From: Mobula hypostoma
Taxonomy: Eukaryota
Direction of reading: 5' to 3'
Length of the DNA stretch: 64,000 bases
Assembly (NCBI RefSeq): GCF_963921235.1
Contig: NC_086108.1
Location: forward strand, 109,370,001-109,434,000
Of the stretch, positions 60,741-64,000 are shown in pieces. The notes below the pieces were generated by a model, which did no database searches, was not told where the DNA came from, and worked only from the letters and a program-made list of their open reading frames with translations. Numbering within the stretch: position 1 is the first letter of the stretch; each line of letters starts with the position of its first letter. The translations under genes and the position numbers were made by a program.

Positions 60741-61764
60741 TTCTTGGACTTCCTTTTATTCCAGTTTATTTTATCAATTCCGCTAATCGACTGAGTTGAA
60801 ATACTAAATCCATCCAGGATGGCAGGAGTCGAGTACGCCTCTCGATTATTAGTGCAACCTTCTGGATTACCAGTCCAGTAAAATAATCAGTCTCAGTATG
60901 GACAAATTCTTTAATAATGTTGCACAGCAAGATTTTAACTAAAAATTCTATCTTAAGCAAGGTTTAGTTCCTCAGTCCTCTGAGGGAGCAAATCATAGCA
61001 AGGGTCTTACATTTTATTGCTTCTTAATCTTGCTTGAGGTGGGGGGGTGGTCTTGTGAAACAGCATTGCTCCTTAATTAACTATCTTAATCTTTCGAACC
61101 TTGGGAGGTTCATTAAGGAGTAAACGAGGCTGCAGTGTGCAGTCGGCACTCTGTAGTAATGTTAAGACAAATTTCATTAAAACTTTCTCGCAAGAAGGGA
61201 ATATTTATCTCCACAAAGATGTTTTGATTTGAAAACTTTGCAAAGCAGATGGTTTCCACGCCATCAGTTAAAGTCGGCCAATTTTTGATTATGTCACCAC
61301 ATCTGTCAGTCTTCGGGTACGCATCATGCTTAAAAAAAAGGAACTTTGCATCTCGGTTTTAATAATACATCTCGAATGCAGAGGGACACGCAGGCATTTC
61401 CTGCAGCTTTGCATAATTGTATCGGGACGGAAAGAGAGATTTCATGGGAGACGATTGGAAAATGACCTGTTGTAATGATCAAATTTACATATATAACTGC
61501 TGATAACATAAAATAGGTAATATGCTGCAGGTATCATCAGAATCAGTTGTCTCTCACTGACATACAGGCATGCTCTAAACATAAAATTATGCAAACCGGA
61601 ATATTACCACTTCCTCATTACTGTCATGGATGTGAACGTAAAACAAATCCTCCACTGACAATTTAGCTGCTGGGCTGGATGCCAGTGTGTTTGGTACTGC
61701 TGACAGTGGAATCTGAGTCTACATATCTAGGCTATGTGGCAGATCGATCTCCATCCTGGGTCAG

Positions 61765-62270
61765 ACTGCACTTGGTGCATTGTGAGCAATTTTGAGCCCC
61801 TTATCTGAGAAGGGATGCACTGGTATTGGGGAGAGGCGAGAGGGGGTGTAGGAGAATGGTCCTGGGAATGAAAGGGTTAATGTATGAGGAGCATTTGATG
61901 GTTCTGGGCCTGTACTCACTGGAGTTTAGAAGAATGAGGGGGAGGTCATTGAAATCTACCGAATACTGAAAGGCCAGGATAGAGTGGACGTGGAGAGGAT
62001 GTTTCCTATAGTGGGGGAGTCTAGGACCAAGGGACACCAGCCTCAGAACAGAGGGACGTCCATTTAGAGCAGAGGTGAGAAGGTATTTCTTTAGCCAGAG
62101 GAATTCATTGTGCAATTCATTGCCACAGATGTTGGTTGAGGCCAAGTCATTGAGTATATTTAATGCGGAGACTGACAGATTCTTATTGAGTTAGGATGTC
62201 AAAAGTTATGGGAAGAAGGCTGGAGAATGGGGTTGAGAGGGATAATAAATCAGCCATGATCGAATGGCAA
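61765..62270 (+). mobile_element. CR1 LINE 3' fragment
   Basis: ccttatctgagaagggatgcactggtattgg...ctgtactcactggagtttagaagaatgagggg. Confidence 0.88.
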
Positions 62271-62949
62271 AGTGGTAATATTAAAAATTTTACAAAGAGA
62301 AAAGCACCTCTGGTTGGCCCCCGAGAGGCCGCCGTGTTTGCATGCACTGCCATCTTACAGGAAGTTGTGTACACAACAACGATACGAAATAAGTCCAGCT
62401 CCATTGCTATCCAGCAACTCACTGACTGGATAGTTCTGCTGGACTTGATGTTCTTAGTACCAGTAGTGACTGGCGATTATAAAAACAACTTGCAAGATGA
62501 ACAAGTGCACCTTTCATTGGACCCAGAGTGGCCACCGTGTCTGACCACGCCACCATCTTACTGGAAAGTGAAATTGAATGTCTGTAAGGAGTTTGTACTT
62601 TCTCCCCGTGACCACATGTGTTTCCTCTGGATGCATGGCTTCCTCCCACAGTCCAGGGGCATATGGGTTAGTAGATTAGATTGTCACATGCGTGTAATTG
62701 GGCACAGCGGGCTCACTGAGCCTGAAAGTCATGTTATCATGCTGTAACTCTAATTAAAAAATAAGTGATACAATTGAACTCATATCAACCACTTCCACTG
62801 TCACCTAATTCCACATTTATATCACCACCTGATCGAAGAAGTGCCCCCGCAGGTTCCCCCTTAAATATTCCACCTTTCACCCTCAACCTATGACCTCTAG
62901 TTTTGTTCTCTCCCAACCTAAGGGGGAGAACCCTACATGCATTCACCAG

Positions 62950-63075
62950 AGAGCCTCAGCCCAAAACGTCAGCTGTTGATTCCTCTCCATTGCTGCTGCC
63001 TGACCTGCTGAGTTCCTCCAGCAGTTTGTGTGTGTTGCACTGGATTTCCAGCATCTGCAGAATCCCTTGTGTTTA
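62950..63075 (+). mobile_element. Penelope terminal-repeat fragment inside CR1
   Basis: cccaaaacgtcagctgt...tgctgcctgacctgctgagttcctccagca...ttccagcatctgcagaat. Confidence 0.8.
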
Positions 63076-63184
63076 CCCTGTCTATACCCCTCAAATTTCT
63101 GTATACCTCTACAGAGGTACAATGTATGCTTTAACTTATGGGCCAAATGCAGCAAGTAATCTTAATTGTTGATTTGCTGATTGA

Positions 63185-63465
63185 TTAATTAATTCATTAA
63201 TTGTGGTACAGGACAGGCCCTCCAGCCCTTTGGGCTACACAGCCCAGCAATCTATGATTTAACCCTAGCCTAATCATGGGACAATTTACAATGACCAATT
63301 AACCTATCAACTAGAACGTCTTTGGGCTGTAGGAGGAAACCAGAGCACCCGGAGGAAACCCACGCAGTCATGGGGAGGATGTTCAAACTCCTTACAGACA
63401 GTGGCAGGAATTGAACCCAGTTTTCTGATGCTGTAAGGCATTGCGCATACCACTACACTACTGTT
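63185..63465 (-). mobile_element. V-SINE
   Basis: ggaggaaaccagagcacccggaggaaacccacgc and ggaattgaaccc. Confidence 0.87.
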
Positions 63466-63514
63466 CTGCATACCGTAATAATCTCTTCCCACCTGCTCTT
63501 CCCCAGGTGAAATA

Positions 63515-63920
63515 ATATTAATAATAACTCTATTTATAGAGCACTTTTCATACAAACGATGTACTTCAGAGTGCTTTACAGTGGGATAAAAGTACAAACA
63601 TGAGAGTCAAATAAAAAATGAAGACAAGCTCGGAAATAAAAGACAGAAAGGTGTTCGTTGAAAGCAAGGTTAAATAAATAGATTTTGAGCTGGCATTTAA
63701 AATTGCCAACTGAGTCTGCATCGCATATAGTTTTAGATATTGAATTCCACAGTTTCGGAGCGTAGTTCAAAAAAGCTGACCTGCCAATTATCTTTTGAGG
63801 AAGATTGGTGAAATTTAAGAGAGTGGTGAAAGATGACCTGAGAGCTTGAGTAGGATTATAAAATAAAAACAATTCTATGACTATCTCTAGTCCCAGACCA
63901 TTAAGAGCCTTAAATACATT
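63515..63920 (-). mobile_element. L2-clade LINE 3' end
   Basis: ORF 63576..63872 has GRSAFLNYAPKLWNSI...FKCQLKIYLFNLAF; tail aagtgctctataaatagagttattatt. Confidence 0.8.
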
Positions 63921-64000
63921 AACTCTAAAAGCTACAGGAATGCAGAGTAGCTGGAACGGGAGTGATATGTTCCCTCATCCTGGTATTGGTGAAAAGTCTA

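Noticed and set aside
62196..62747. 183-aa ORF
   Set aside because: Crosses a CR1 end, unclassified sequence and a V-SINE; no recognisable protein, so probably a chance open frame.

Overview
This is AT-rich vertebrate nuclear DNA made almost entirely of decayed transposable elements. The repeat set (HER1-like CR1, V-domain tRNA SINEs, Rex1/Babar, RTE, Penelope-like, Tc1, Tigger) suggests a cartilaginous fish, probably a ray; that assignment is inference only. I can support no intact host gene, RNA gene or CRISPR array. Every ORF I could recognise is a frameshifted or truncated fragment of a reverse transcriptase, GIY-YIG endonuclease or transposase, so the window is probably intergenic or part of a large intron. 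The most notable signal is about 15 copies of Penelope terminal repeats carrying a minimal hammerhead-ribozyme motif (CTGA[CT]GA-stem II-GAAACGTC). Several occur as short non-coding palindromic insertions with 9-14 bp target-site duplications (TSDs) and a one-sided tail. Other signals are three solo LTRs with TSDs, RTE-derived non-autonomous elements, traces of old local duplications, and TE-free islands that may be regulatory. Coordinates backed by TSDs or TIRs were counted by eye; other boundaries are approximate.
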